NCBI GenBank assembly: GCA_944381355.1
Contig: CALWKV010000112.1
Location: forward strand, 1-44,575
DNA length: 44,575 nt
From: an uncultured Christensenellaceae bacterium
GTDB lineage: Bacteria; Bacillota; Clostridia; Christensenellales; UBA3700
Direction: 5' to 3'
In this document: positions 27,938-37,447 of the stretch, in pieces
Layout of the letters: every line of letters starts with the position of its first letter
Numbering within the stretch: position 1 is the stretch's first letter
Notes under the pieces: model-generated
Databases searched by the model: none
Told to the model about the DNA's origin: nothing
What the model saw: the letters and a program-made list of their open reading frames with translations, nothing else
Program-made: the position numbers and the translations under genes

Positions 27938-28091
27938 AATACAACCTCCTTATTATAGGTTAAAAAAAATCGAGACGGCACACTTATGGCACACCATCTC
28001 AAACCTACATAAATATTTTACCACTTGTTTTGTATGCTGTCAACGGACAAATTTTGTAAAAAAGAGTTTTATTTTACAACTTGTACGCGTA

Positions 28092-28568
28092 TCACGACTT
28101 TTTCATGCGTCTTTTGCCCGTCACGCTCTCCGCTTCGAGGACAAACACCTCTGTCCGCGGCACGACGGCGGGGTTGAACGCGAAGTCCTCTCTCCCGTAA
28201 TGCGCCATGAGTATCTTAAGCGCGCGCGTCTTTTCTTCCTCCCCTTTGACGAAGGATATCCTGCCGTGCCCGACAACGCTCTCGTATTCGGTCGTGCAGT
28301 TGCCGTGTTCCTCGTCGAGTACGAGCCTGTGCGAGCAGTCCGCTTCAAAACTCGCGCGGCAGTCGTTTTTGATCATATCGATCTTTTTGCCTTCGCACGC
28401 GCTGTGAAAATACAGCCTGAGCCTGCCGTCCTGCACCCTCATACCGAAACTTAGCGGTACTACGTAAGGATACTCCTCGCCGTTGAACGCGAGCCTCACC
28501 GCGTCGCATTTTTCAAGCACCTTTACTATTTCATCAAAATCCTTTATCTCTCTGTCAGATCTTCTCAT
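28092..28568 (-). CDS. Pyridoxamine 5'-phosphate oxidase family (FMN-binding split-barrel, NimA-like) protein
   Basis: The internal ATG at 28568 follows GGAGAAG and gives MRRSDREIKDFDEIVKVLEKCDAVRLAF...PYVVPLSFG, typical of this family. The longer track start would run through the guaA terminator. Confidence 0.8.
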   Translation of the reverse strand: MRRSDREIKDFDEIVKVLEKCDAVRLAFNGEEYPYVVPLSFGMRVQDGRLRLYFHSACEGKKIDMIKNDCRASFEADCSHRLVLDEEHGNCTTEYESVVGHGRISFVKGEEEKTRALKILMAHYGREDFAFNPAVVPRTEVFVLEAESVTGKRRMKKS

Positions 28569-28605
28569 GCTTCTCCGTTTTCCGCTCCGCAAGCTCCTTG
28601 CGGGC

Positions 28606-28632
28606 ATAAAAATACGGGCGCGCAGCCCGTAT
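28606..28632 (-). terminator. Rho-independent terminator of the guaA-like gene
   Basis: atacgggc-gcgca-gcccgtat hairpin. The minus strand continues TTTTTATG. Confidence 0.7.
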
Positions 28633-28646
28633 TTTATCTGTTTATA

Positions 28647-29924
28647 TCATTCCCACTCGATGGTACCCGTCGGCTTCGGAGTCATGTCGAAGCAGACGCG
28701 GTTGACGCCCTTGACCTCGGTGATTATCCTCTTGACGATCTTGTCGAGCACCGCCCAGTCGACGTGCTCTATCGTTGCAGTCATGGCATCTACGGTATTT
28801 ACCGCCCTGATGATAACCGGCCACTCGAAGGAGCGCGCATTGTCTCTTACGCCGACAGACTTGACGTCGGGGATAAGCGTGAAATACTGCCAAACCTTGC
28901 CCTGCAGACCCGCATTGGCGAATTCTTCGCGAAGTATTGCGTCAGACTCTCTGACCGCTTCCAGTCTGTCTCTCGTGATCGCGCCGAGGCATCTTACGCC
29001 GAGACCGGGACCGGGGAACGGCTGACGGTATACCATATCGTCGGGAAGTCCGAGCGCCTTGCCGCACGCGCGCACTTCGTCCTTGAACAGATATTTGAGA
29101 GGCTCGACCAGCTCGAACTTGAGGTCGTCGGGAAGACCTCCCACGTTGTGGTGCGACTTGACGATCTTATTGGTCTTGGTGCCGCTCTCGACGATATCGG
29201 GATATATCGTGCCCTGTGCGAGGAAGTCGATGCCGTCGAGTTTTCTCGCTTCTTCTTCAAATACTCTTATAAATTCCGCACCGATGATCTTTCTCTTCTT
29301 TTCGGGATCTTCGACGCCTGCGAGCTTGTCGAGGAATCTGTCCACGCTGTCGGAATATATAAGCGTTGCGCCCAGTTCTTCTCTGAATACTCTGACGACC
29401 TGTTCCGGCTCTCCCTTTCTCAGAAGTCCGTGATTGACGTGTACGCAGACGAGCTGTTTGCCTATCGCTTTTATGAGGAGCGCCGCGACGACGGAGCTGT
29501 CAACGCCGCCGGAGAGCGCGAGGAGTACCTTTTTGTCGCCTATCTGCTTTCTGAGAAGCTCGACCTGATCGTCGATGAAGTTCTGCATATTCCAGTTGGC
29601 ATCTGCTTTGCAGGTATCGAAAACGAACGATCTGAGATCGCTCTCTTGGATCGCGGGGCACTTGTCTGTAGCGTGACCCAGCGCAACGACGGGAACGCTC
29701 GCTTTGTATATATCGTCCGCAACGTCTATCTTCACGCCGTCTATAATGTTGTTGGGGCCGCCGCTTAGGATAACGCCCTTTACGTTGGGGATCTCCGCGA
29801 GCTGCTTTGCCGTAATGTCGTGCGGATATATCTCGCTGTAAACGCCGAGAGCGCGGATTTCTCTGGCAAGCGCAGAGTTGTTTTCGCTGCCCAGATCGAG
29901 TATGACTATCATGTCTTGTTTCAT
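28647..29924 (-). CDS. guaA: GMP synthase-like protein: intact ATP-pyrophosphatase and dimerisation domains, truncated/degenerate glutaminase domain
   Basis: P-loop LALSGGVDSSV and conserved blocks HHNVGGLP, FKDEVR, PFPGPGL and the C-terminal KPTGTIEWE. The N-terminal 110 aa or so align to a GATase but lack the GxCxG nucleophile and the HPE region. Total 425 aa. Confidence 0.85.
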   Translation of the reverse strand: MKQDMIVILDLGSENNSALAREIRALGVYSEIYPHDITAKQLAEIPNVKGVILSGGPNNIIDGVKIDVADDIYKASVPVVALGHATDKCPAIQESDLRSFVFDTCKADANWNMQNFIDDQVELLRKQIGDKKVLLALSGGVDSSVVAALLIKAIGKQLVCVHVNHGLLRKGEPEQVVRVFREELGATLIYSDSVDRFLDKLAGVEDPEKKRKIIGAEFIRVFEEEARKLDGIDFLAQGTIYPDIVESGTKTNKIVKSHHNVGGLPDDLKFELVEPLKYLFKDEVRACGKALGLPDDMVYRQPFPGPGLGVRCLGAITRDRLEAVRESDAILREEFANAGLQGKVWQYFTLIPDVKSVGVRDNARSFEWPVIIRAVNTVDAMTATIEHVDWAVLDKIVKRIITEVKGVNRVCFDMTPKPTGTIEWE

Positions 29925-30021
29925 ATCTGTTCTCCTTGGTTTTATGTAATAAATGTATCACCAAACGGACGCGCGTGTCAATCCGTTTGAATTTATTTGC
30001 TTTTCCTTTTGACGACAGTAC

Positions 30022-31644
30022 TCAAAAATCAGTACTAACCGAAGAATTCACTATGCCGTCGCGTTCGTCGAAAGTTCCCGCGTTGGTGAGCGGGCGGGTA
30101 TTTACGCTCCTGGGCGCTACTCTGAAAGAAGTCGCCTGCACGTTTTCGACGTTGTAAAGATACAGACCGTAAACGGGCATGTCGTGGTAGGCGCTCAGCT
30201 CGTGGGAAATAAAATAGCTGTGCGACACGCGCGTTATTTCGGGATATCCGTCCATGTTTGCGTGCAGAACGTCATTCCCGTTGTAAATATCGAGATCTTC
30301 TCCGCACTCGCGGTATGCGATATTGATATTATCCAAAGTCACGTTTTTCACGGGATATACAGTATTCTTGTAATCGCAACCGACGACCGCGCTTGCAATA
30401 TCGACGTCTTTAGCATAAACGTTGCTGATCGTAACGCCGTCTATGCTGCCCATCGTCCCGTCGCTTCCTTTGTCCTCGTCGAGTCTGCAACCGAGCCATA
30501 TCAGAATCGCGGACGGCACGTTGTTCATCACTATATCGCTGACGGTAACGTCCGATACGTTTGCGCCGTCGACAGACTCTATCGCTATGCCGGAATATCC
30601 TCCCGCGATCTCTGCGCAGAAGAAATAACAGTCGCTGACGGTTACGTTTTTCACGTCGTATCCCGTCTCTGTACCTATCTTGAAGTTGTTGGCAAGCGAC
30701 ATTATCTCGCAATCGCTGACAGTCACGTTCTCTATCTCTCCGACGTTGGATTTGAGTACTATTCCGTCATCGCCCGTCGCAATAAAGCAATGCTCTATAT
30801 TTACGTTGCTTGTGCCGCATATATCGAAGCCGTCGCTGTTTGCAACGTAGATATTGTTGTCGATAACCACGTCTGAAATCTCTACACCGTCGCAAAGTTC
30901 GAATTTTACCGTCCACGTTGACGGCTCGTAGAGCACGAGATTGTAAAGCGACACGTTTTGACAATCCCTCGCATATATCAGATTGCAGCCGAATTCTTCG
31001 CTCTTTCTCTCTCTTATCCTTGCACGGTAAGATAGCACTTTTTCTTTCAGGTTGAAGGTCTCCTGCGGCAGATTCTTGGTCGGGTTTTCGCTCTCTTTCG
31101 TATAATCGGTGCCGTTGCCGTCGAGTTTTCCCGCTCCGACTATGCTCCAGTCGTCGACGCCTTCTGCTCTTATCAGCGCACCGTCGAGCAGCTGTCTTTT
31201 TTCTGCGGCCGTATATTCGTCGTAATCGGGAAGTTTAAGCGCGCTTCCCTCTGCGATACACAACGTCACGCCGCTTTTCATATACAGCGTGCCGGTATAG
31301 TAAACGCCGCCGCTGACTTCGACCGCGCCGCGCCCGTCACCGTTTGCGGAAGCCTCGTCTATCGCCGCCTGCAACAACGCGGTGTTTTCTTTTGCGCTCT
31401 TATCGGGAGACGCGCCGAAATCTTTCGCCGATACCCAATAGAGGTCGTCGGTAAAAGCGGCAACCTGAAGATATTCGTCGTAAGGTACGTCTGCGACGTG
31501 CGCGCCGTCGCCGTCCGTAAGCGAATACTCCTTCATCTCGGGGAAATCAATTTCCGTTGTTTTCTCTCCGCAACCTGCAAAAGTAACCGATACCGAACAC
31601 GTAAGCACCGCCGCAAGAGTCAGCGCCACGGATTTTATTTTCAT
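30022..31644 (-). CDS. Lipoprotein, right-handed beta-helix glycoside hydrolase (GH28-like / pectate-lyase-3 fold)
   Basis: ATG at 31644 follows AGAGGAA. Lipobox VTFAGC. N-terminal DFGA...A.Q.AID cap, NSDGFDI and TGDDGIVLKS motifs. The GH28 GHG block is not obvious, so the family is tentative. Confidence 0.65.
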   Translation of the reverse strand: MKIKSVALTLAAVLTCSVSVTFAGCGEKTTEIDFPEMKEYSLTDGDGAHVADVPYDEYLQVAAFTDDLYWVSAKDFGASPDKSAKENTALLQAAIDEASANGDGRGAVEVSGGVYYTGTLYMKSGVTLCIAEGSALKLPDYDEYTAAEKRQLLDGALIRAEGVDDWSIVGAGKLDGNGTDYTKESENPTKNLPQETFNLKEKVLSYRARIRERKSEEFGCNLIYARDCQNVSLYNLVLYEPSTWTVKFELCDGVEISDVVIDNNIYVANSDGFDICGTSNVNIEHCFIATGDDGIVLKSNVGEIENVTVSDCEIMSLANNFKIGTETGYDVKNVTVSDCYFFCAEIAGGYSGIAIESVDGANVSDVTVSDIVMNNVPSAILIWLGCRLDEDKGSDGTMGSIDGVTISNVYAKDVDIASAVVGCDYKNTVYPVKNVTLDNINIAYRECGEDLDIYNGNDVLHANMDGYPEITRVSHSYFISHELSAYHDMPVYGLYLYNVENVQATSFRVAPRSVNTRPLTNAGTFDERDGIVNSSVSTDF

Positions 31645-31761
31645 ATTTTCCTCTTTGCGGTGATCTTTGCAGATCCGAAATCGGCATTGCAAACTTATCC
31701 TGCCCGCATTTATCAGTTTTTATAGCCAAAATACGACGACGCAAAGATACCGCCGCTAAAC

Positions 31762-34506
31762 TCAACCTTTTATATCGAAATCCACCGTCACGCTTTCGCC
31801 CGCCTTGAGCGTCACGCTCTTGCTTGCCGACGACAGTCCGCACGATATCTCTATCGTCTGATCGATATCGCTCCTGACGGTAACGCTCGCCTTGCCCGTC
31901 TTGAGCGACCAGCTGAGGTTGGTGACCTCTGCGCGCGTACGGCACATTATGCCCTTGATATATCCCTCGTCGAAGCCGCTTGTAGGCAGCGCGGGCAGAA
32001 CTTCTATTTCTCCGACGTTGGAATATACGAGCGCTTCGTTGACCATGCCGAGGTAGCCAATCGCAAAGTCGGTACAATAGCAACTGCTTCTGTTGGTATG
32101 GTGATTTGTCATAAGAGAGTTGTAGTATATCGTCCACAGTTCTCTGCCGTTCATCAGCCCGACCATCGCCTCTGTCACGCTGTCTCTGTCCTTGAGTCTC
32201 GCGGCGATAAGCGAGCGGTGTATCAGCGCATGGCTTGCCTCGTTTTCACTCTCTCTGTTGACGATGGCCTGTATCGCCGCATTTCGGAGCGCTTCGTCGT
32301 CCTGCGTTTCAAACAGAGGCCATACCATATACATATGGCTGAGATGTCTGTGAGTGTTGTTTTCTTCAAACTGATTTGCCGCCCATTCCTTGATCGCACC
32401 GCTCTCGTCGTACAGATACGGCGGTATCTTTTCAAGCAGGCTTTCCCACTTGCTTACGTCAGCCGTCGGATTTACCGATCGCCATATCTCGATGAGCATT
32501 TCGAGGTTGCTCCTGCACGCCGCTATGTCTATCGCCGAGTTTGCGCAGGACGGCGACGGATAGTTGGACGGATTGTTCTCGGGAGAATAAGACGGGATTA
32601 TGCAATAAGTCTCGCCTTCTGCAAGAGCGGTCTTGCCCTCCTCGTAACGGATGTTGCCGTCCGCGTCGGTATAATACTCGGGCACCATAAGCTGATCCCA
32701 GTAATTTGCAGACTTAAGGAGAAGCGGCAAGAGAATCTCGCTCCTGAGGTCGAGGTAGCCTTTCGCCTTTATCTCCGCGATCTTCTCGTCTGTGAGCGGC
32801 ACGTTTGTCATTGAGAGCACCGCGCGGATATCCTCGAGACTGAATTCGTCCGAGAGCGGTATCTGCACGTCGCCGTAGCATTGCAGAGTCTCGTAAAGCG
32901 GCTGAAGCATCCAGCTTGCTCCCGCATTCCAGTATCTGAACGGATAAGGGTAACAGCTCTCGGTCAGCAGCGCCATGTCGCCGTCGCTGTTGACGGGAGC
33001 CTGAATCGCGTCCTCGTAGCCGTGAGACGCGTACGCGTTGTCCATCCAGTCGTCGACCTGCCTCAGAATAAAGTTGACGTAGCCGACGTATGCGTCGCTT
33101 ATGTTGCCCGTATTCATCGAAGAAGTCTGAAGGTTGACGTTGGCGTCCATGGTATACTTGCTTCCCCAGTCGCGCACCCACTCGCCCGTCCACATGCCGA
33201 ACAGCCTGCTCGTACTCGTGCCCGCGCAACACAGATATGCGTATCTGCCGGAATAGTACGCTCTTTCCGCAAGAGTATTGTTGACCGTGGTGTTGTTGAC
33301 CTTTCTTTTGGTCAGCTCCTCGTTGGGCACGGTAATATCCGCGCCGAGCGAGAACTCGACCGCGTTGTACTGCGGCGTGAAAATGTCGGTATGGCTCTTG
33401 AGCGCGCCCTCGTAATCGAACACTCCGTCTTTGTTGTATTTGTCTACGACTGCCTTGACCTTCTCGCGGAGCGAAGTCTCGATCGCATAGCTTTCCTGCC
33501 CCGCAAAGTCGTTGTATGCGCCCATTTCGTAAGTGCGGTCGGATGCGGTAACGATATAAATCTTGTTTGCGCCGCTGACCTTTATGCCGGGGATATCGTC
33601 TCCGATATACTGTTCTTCGGCTTTACCTTCAACGGTGACGAGTTCTTTGGTGCCGCCCTCGCAGAATATATAGCTGACCGTCGCGTAGCCGCCGTCCTTG
33701 AGTTCGCTTCCTTCATAGGACGGATAATGCGCGACAAAGCCGAGATACTCAAGGCTGCCGTCCACCGTTCTCTTATAGCGGATATCAGTCTCGCTCGGGT
33801 AAATTTCTCCGTCTTTGCCCGTATCACCGAAATTATACATCGTCGAAAGGCTGTCGTAAGAGAACGTCACATTGAGTTTCGCGCCCGTTGACGAAGCGGT
33901 GAGCTGAGAGATCGTCACGTCGTCCGCCTTGGAAGTAAAAGTCAGCCTGTCCCACTGCCCGTCACCGTCAGTGTACCTCGTACCCACCTGCGCGGTGTCA
34001 TAGTCGGTATATCTCATATATCCGCTCGGCTCGGTCTCCGCGGCTATCTTGTCCGTCTGTGCCATTCTTAGAATAGCGCCCGCATGATAGGAGTAGACGT
34101 CCATATAGTTCTGCGTATCGACGATGTCATTGCCGTTGATAATGTTCTGTCTGACCGTCTCGAGTTCGTCATAAGTGACGGGGTTCTCTCTGGGGTTGGG
34201 ATTGGGCAGAATGAAATGTATGTTCTGAAAAATGACCGTGTCGTTATACGGCGAGCCTGCGATTATCGCCCCCTGCTTTCCGTTGCCCGTGACCATGCCT
34301 TGCCTCCAGTACTGGTTGCTGTTGGTCTTGGTCGCGCTGAGTTCGGAATAAGTCTCGGCATAAGAGGACTTCGCGTCGCTCTCGAAAAGCGCACCGCTGT
34401 ACTCTTGTTTTTCGTCTTTGTTTTTGCATGAAGCCGCAAACATCACGGCAAAAACCGTAACCGCCAGAACGGCGAGAACAGTGAAAAATCTTCTGGTTTT
34501 TATCAT
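31762..34506 (-). CDS. Lipoprotein, GH95-like glycoside hydrolase (alpha-L-fucosidase-type architecture)
   Basis: ATG at 34506 follows GAGGGAAG. Lipobox FAASC. N-terminal W..G...GNGK.GA...G motif of the Glyco_hyd_65N_2/GH95 N-domain, with a DANVNLQ block in the catalytic barrel. About 914 aa. Confidence 0.7.
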   Translation of the reverse strand: MIKTRRFFTVLAVLAVTVFAVMFAASCKNKDEKQEYSGALFESDAKSSYAETYSELSATKTNSNQYWRQGMVTGNGKQGAIIAGSPYNDTVIFQNIHFILPNPNPRENPVTYDELETVRQNIINGNDIVDTQNYMDVYSYHAGAILRMAQTDKIAAETEPSGYMRYTDYDTAQVGTRYTDGDGQWDRLTFTSKADDVTISQLTASSTGAKLNVTFSYDSLSTMYNFGDTGKDGEIYPSETDIRYKRTVDGSLEYLGFVAHYPSYEGSELKDGGYATVSYIFCEGGTKELVTVEGKAEEQYIGDDIPGIKVSGANKIYIVTASDRTYEMGAYNDFAGQESYAIETSLREKVKAVVDKYNKDGVFDYEGALKSHTDIFTPQYNAVEFSLGADITVPNEELTKRKVNNTTVNNTLAERAYYSGRYAYLCCAGTSTSRLFGMWTGEWVRDWGSKYTMDANVNLQTSSMNTGNISDAYVGYVNFILRQVDDWMDNAYASHGYEDAIQAPVNSDGDMALLTESCYPYPFRYWNAGASWMLQPLYETLQCYGDVQIPLSDEFSLEDIRAVLSMTNVPLTDEKIAEIKAKGYLDLRSEILLPLLLKSANYWDQLMVPEYYTDADGNIRYEEGKTALAEGETYCIIPSYSPENNPSNYPSPSCANSAIDIAACRSNLEMLIEIWRSVNPTADVSKWESLLEKIPPYLYDESGAIKEWAANQFEENNTHRHLSHMYMVWPLFETQDDEALRNAAIQAIVNRESENEASHALIHRSLIAARLKDRDSVTEAMVGLMNGRELWTIYYNSLMTNHHTNRSSCYCTDFAIGYLGMVNEALVYSNVGEIEVLPALPTSGFDEGYIKGIMCRTRAEVTNLSWSLKTGKASVTVRSDIDQTIEISCGLSSASKSVTLKAGESVTVDFDIKG

Positions 34507-34694
34507 AATACTTCCCTCACTCATTTTATTTTAACAAAGCGCGCAACGCGTGTCAATTACGCAAATATGCATAATGGTGTGTATTTAGTCCATAAAACGC
34601 GCAAAACAAATACCGCCCTTTTTCGGCGGTACAGTAACCGTTGTCAGTCAGCCTCTCAAAGCGGCAGACCTGTGCGCCGCCTGCCGACGTCTTT

Positions 34695-35660
34695 TCAGGT
34701 TGACGAATCTTTGCTTTTGTTCAGCAACTTTTTGTGAATGATCTGCGCTGAAAAAGCGCCCGCAAACGCCGCGACGGCAGGAAGGATCGTTGCAACTATT
34801 GTATATGCGGTGTTGACGGGATAATCGAGATATCCCGTGACTACGATCATTATGACCGAACACGCATACATGGCGATCCCCGCAAACGCGTTGACGAACG
34901 ACCATTCCTTTTTGCCTGAAAAAGAATAAGAAGTCCTTACTCCTAAAAATTGGTTTTTAGGAACGAATACGCATGCCGCTCCGCATATCGCATAGACAGC
35001 GCAAATGACTGTCGAGAACAACTCTCCGAATTTAGAACGGTCGCCGACTGTATACCCCGCTTCTAAGGACAGGGAGTAATTGGTCTTGAATATCATAACT
35101 TCGATACCTGTAAAAGCAACAGCCATGCACGCGAATACGGCGAAAGCGCCCCAGACCATACCTTGTTTGACTTCGGGATTATTTATTTTGACAAGCCCTG
35201 CGTACAATGCCGTAGCCGCGACCGCGATTATCGCAAAATACGTGATGCCGACCGTGATCATCTCTTTTGAACTTCCCCACCTCGTGACGTTCCAGTCCCC
35301 GTCGTAATGACAGGGTACGGTATCGGGAGAAAATATCCTCGCTATCACGGCGGTAAGCAACGGAAACAGCGCGGCGATAAGAAGCAAAGTGAAAGATATT
35401 TTTCCTGCCCGTGTTCGTTTAGCGCAGTTTATATCGTCAACTTTCTTCGCGCCTCTGCTTTCTACGAAGAAGTCCATGTCTACCCCGAAAAGCTCGGAAA
35501 GCCGTTTCAGATAAAAGACGTCCGGCACGCCTCTGCCGCATTCCCACTTGCTGACGTTTTTGTCGCTGACGTGGAGCATTTCCGCAAGTTCGCGCTGAGT
35601 CCAGCCCTTTTCCTTACGCTTTTCCGCGATCTTGTCTCCTATCTCTTTCATAACGTCCAT
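34695..35660 (-). CDS. XRE-HTH domain fused to a DUF1648/SdpI-like polytopic membrane domain
   Basis: ATG at 35660 follows GAGGAGG. HTH: KGWTQRELAEMLHVSDKNVSKWECG. Then about 6 TM helices with P.H....W.V.RWGSSKE (DUF1648-like) and LGVRTSYS...W (SdpI-like) blocks. Confidence 0.75.
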   Translation of the reverse strand: MDVMKEIGDKIAEKRKEKGWTQRELAEMLHVSDKNVSKWECGRGVPDVFYLKRLSELFGVDMDFFVESRGAKKVDDINCAKRTRAGKISFTLLLIAALFPLLTAVIARIFSPDTVPCHYDGDWNVTRWGSSKEMITVGITYFAIIAVAATALYAGLVKINNPEVKQGMVWGAFAVFACMAVAFTGIEVMIFKTNYSLSLEAGYTVGDRSKFGELFSTVICAVYAICGAACVFVPKNQFLGVRTSYSFSGKKEWSFVNAFAGIAMYACSVIMIVVTGYLDYPVNTAYTIVATILPAVAAFAGAFSAQIIHKKLLNKSKDSST

Positions 35661-35816
35661 TGTGTTTTCCTCCTCGCGGCTCCTCATCTCAATTCTATTG
35701 AACTACCCGACGCATGTCAATAACAAATGCAAAAATGCGCTCTCTACTATCGGTAGAGTGCGTTTTTTGCACAAAAAAAGAGAAGCTCCCCTCCTTCCGA
35801 ATCATGATAAGACGTG

Positions 35817-36050
35817 TTAATCTCCCAGGTTTTCTTCGTCAAAAAGTGACGAGTCTAAAAATTCGTTGAGAGAAATTTTAAATCCCTGACAGATGCCGTA
35901 TACGGTAGCAAGCGTAACCGTTTTGCTGTTTCTCATAGTCGCCAACGTTGAATACGGAATACCGCCCTCTATGCAGAGTTTGTACATGGTAATGCACTTT
36001 TCTTTCAAAAGTTCTTCCGTTCTCGCATAAACCGCGTCTACAAGCCGCAT
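35817..36050 (-). CDS. Small XRE-like HTH protein (77 aa)
   Basis: The internal ATG at 36050 follows AGAGG. ITMYKLCIEGGIPYSTLATMRNSKTVTLATVYGICQGFKISLNEFL resembles HTH_26/XRE. Confidence 0.6.
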   Translation of the reverse strand: MRLVDAVYARTEELLKEKCITMYKLCIEGGIPYSTLATMRNSKTVTLATVYGICQGFKISLNEFLDSSLFDEENLGD

Positions 36051-36186
36051 TTTTGCCTCTTCGCATATTGTTATATCGGTTTTATTATAAGAAATCAGAT
36101 ATAAAAAATATGTTGGTATACCGACATGCAATTGACCTTATATAACGCAATCTTTTTCAAAACACAAAATAACGGTCAACCTTTTT

Positions 36187-36220
36187 ACAAAATAAAGACC
36201 CTCCCTACGCGGGAAGGTCT
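36187..36220 (-). terminator. Rho-independent terminator of ddh
   Basis: 10-bp stem with one mismatch (agaccctccc/gggaaggtct). T-rich tract TTTATTTTG on the minus strand. Confidence 0.6.
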
Positions 36221-36237
36221 TTTGCGTTGAAAAACAA

Positions 36238-37221
36238 TCAAAGCATGCTCTTTCTGAGTTCCGCTCCGCTCTTTGCGCTGAGGTATGCGGGAGGCACGTC
36301 CAGTACGGTCACGCAACCTGTCCTGCCCTCTTTGCTCATCTTCGCTACCGCACGCGCATACGCGACCAGTACGCTGGAAGTGAAAGCAGGATTGGAATCC
36401 AGCTTAAGAGAATATTCGACCACGTTGTCGTATTCGTCGTTTGCGCCCGTCTTGCCGCTTCTGATGACAAAGCCGCCGTGAGGTATACCCTTGTGCTTTG
36501 AGTCGAGTTCTTCCTGAGAAATAAAGTTGACGGTAGTGTCGTAGTCGGCAAAATAGTTGGGCATCTCCTTGATCTCCTTTTCTATCCTCGCCTTGTCCGC
36601 GCCTTCCTCTACCACGACGTAGCACTCTCTGGTGTGCTTCTGACGGGTGGAAAGATCGGGATTGCTACCGCTTCTGACAGCGTCCAGAGCCGCCTGAACG
36701 GGCACGGTGTACTGTCTCGCGTCGACGACGCCTTTCACTCTCCTTATCGCGTCGGAATGTCCCTGACTCACGCCCTTGCCCCAGAACGTGTATGTCGCGC
36801 CGCCGGGGAGCACGCTGTCGCCGTATACGCGGGCGATAGAGAACATACCGGGATCCCAGCCGCAGCTGATGAGGGCAAGTTTTCCGCTCTCCTTTGCCGC
36901 CTTGTCTACCGCGTCGAAATGCGCGGGGATATTAGCGTGAGTATCGAAGCTGTCGACCACGTTGAAATCAGCCGCATACGCGGGAGTCTGCACGGGCAGA
37001 TCTGTTGCCGAGCCTCCGCAAAGTATGAGCACGTCTATTTCGTCCTTGTACGTCTGAGCATTTTCTGCCTTGTCGACCTTGACTCCTTTTATAAGAGGCT
37101 TTATCGACGCGGGGTCGCGCCTTGTCAATATGACTTTGAGTTCAAAGTCGGGGTTGTGCATGACAGCCGCTTCCACTCCTCTGCCAAGATTGCCGTAACC
37201 TGAAATGCCTAATCTTATCAT
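36238..37221 (-). CDS. ddh: meso-Diaminopimelate D-dehydrogenase
   Basis: ATG at 37221 follows AAGGAG and gives MIRLGISGYGNLGRGVE, the Ddh N-terminal Rossmann motif. The 327-aa length matches Ddh. The consensus promoter at 37249..37278 lies inside the longer track ORF and so excludes it. Confidence 0.9.
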   Translation of the reverse strand: MIRLGISGYGNLGRGVEAAVMHNPDFELKVILTRRDPASIKPLIKGVKVDKAENAQTYKDEIDVLILCGGSATDLPVQTPAYAADFNVVDSFDTHANIPAHFDAVDKAAKESGKLALISCGWDPGMFSIARVYGDSVLPGGATYTFWGKGVSQGHSDAIRRVKGVVDARQYTVPVQAALDAVRSGSNPDLSTRQKHTRECYVVVEEGADKARIEKEIKEMPNYFADYDTTVNFISQEELDSKHKGIPHGGFVIRSGKTGANDEYDNVVEYSLKLDSNPAFTSSVLVAYARAVAKMSKEGRTGCVTVLDVPPAYLSAKSGAELRKSML

Positions 37222-37248
37222 AAACCGCTCCTTGAAAAAATTTATTTT

Positions 37249-37278
37249 ATTATATATTACGAATGCCCTGTTTGTCAA
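37249..37278 (-). promoter_or_regulatory. Consensus promoter of ddh
   Basis: Minus strand reads TTGACA, 18 nt, TATAAT. The short leader of about 20 nt contains AAGGAG. Confidence 0.7.
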
Positions 37279-37404
37279 AAATACGACGGAAAAAACCTTT
37301 ATCTCACGCAAAAAAACGTGCATTTTCGCCGTCGCCGAATTCAGATCCCGCTTATGCACGGCGCCGCTTTGCAAATACCTGCATTTTACTTTTATCCCTG
37401 CGTA

Positions 37405-37432
37405 CAAAAAAAGAGAGGGACGCGCCCTCTCT
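37405..37432 (-). terminator. Rho-independent terminator of the sialidase gene
   Basis: gagaggg...ccctctc hairpin flanked by an A-run and a T-run, so it looks bidirectional. Lies 16 nt after the stop. Confidence 0.7.
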
Positions 37433-37447
37433 TTTCTTTTGTCGATT

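Noticed and set aside
29925-30021. Purine riboswitch upstream of guaA, and a lysine (L-box) riboswitch upstream of ddh at 37222..37447.
   Set aside because: The guaA leader is under 100 nt and lacks the conserved purine-aptamer loops. The ddh promoter (TTGACA-18-TATAAT) sits only about 20 nt before the start codon, leaving no room for an aptamer.
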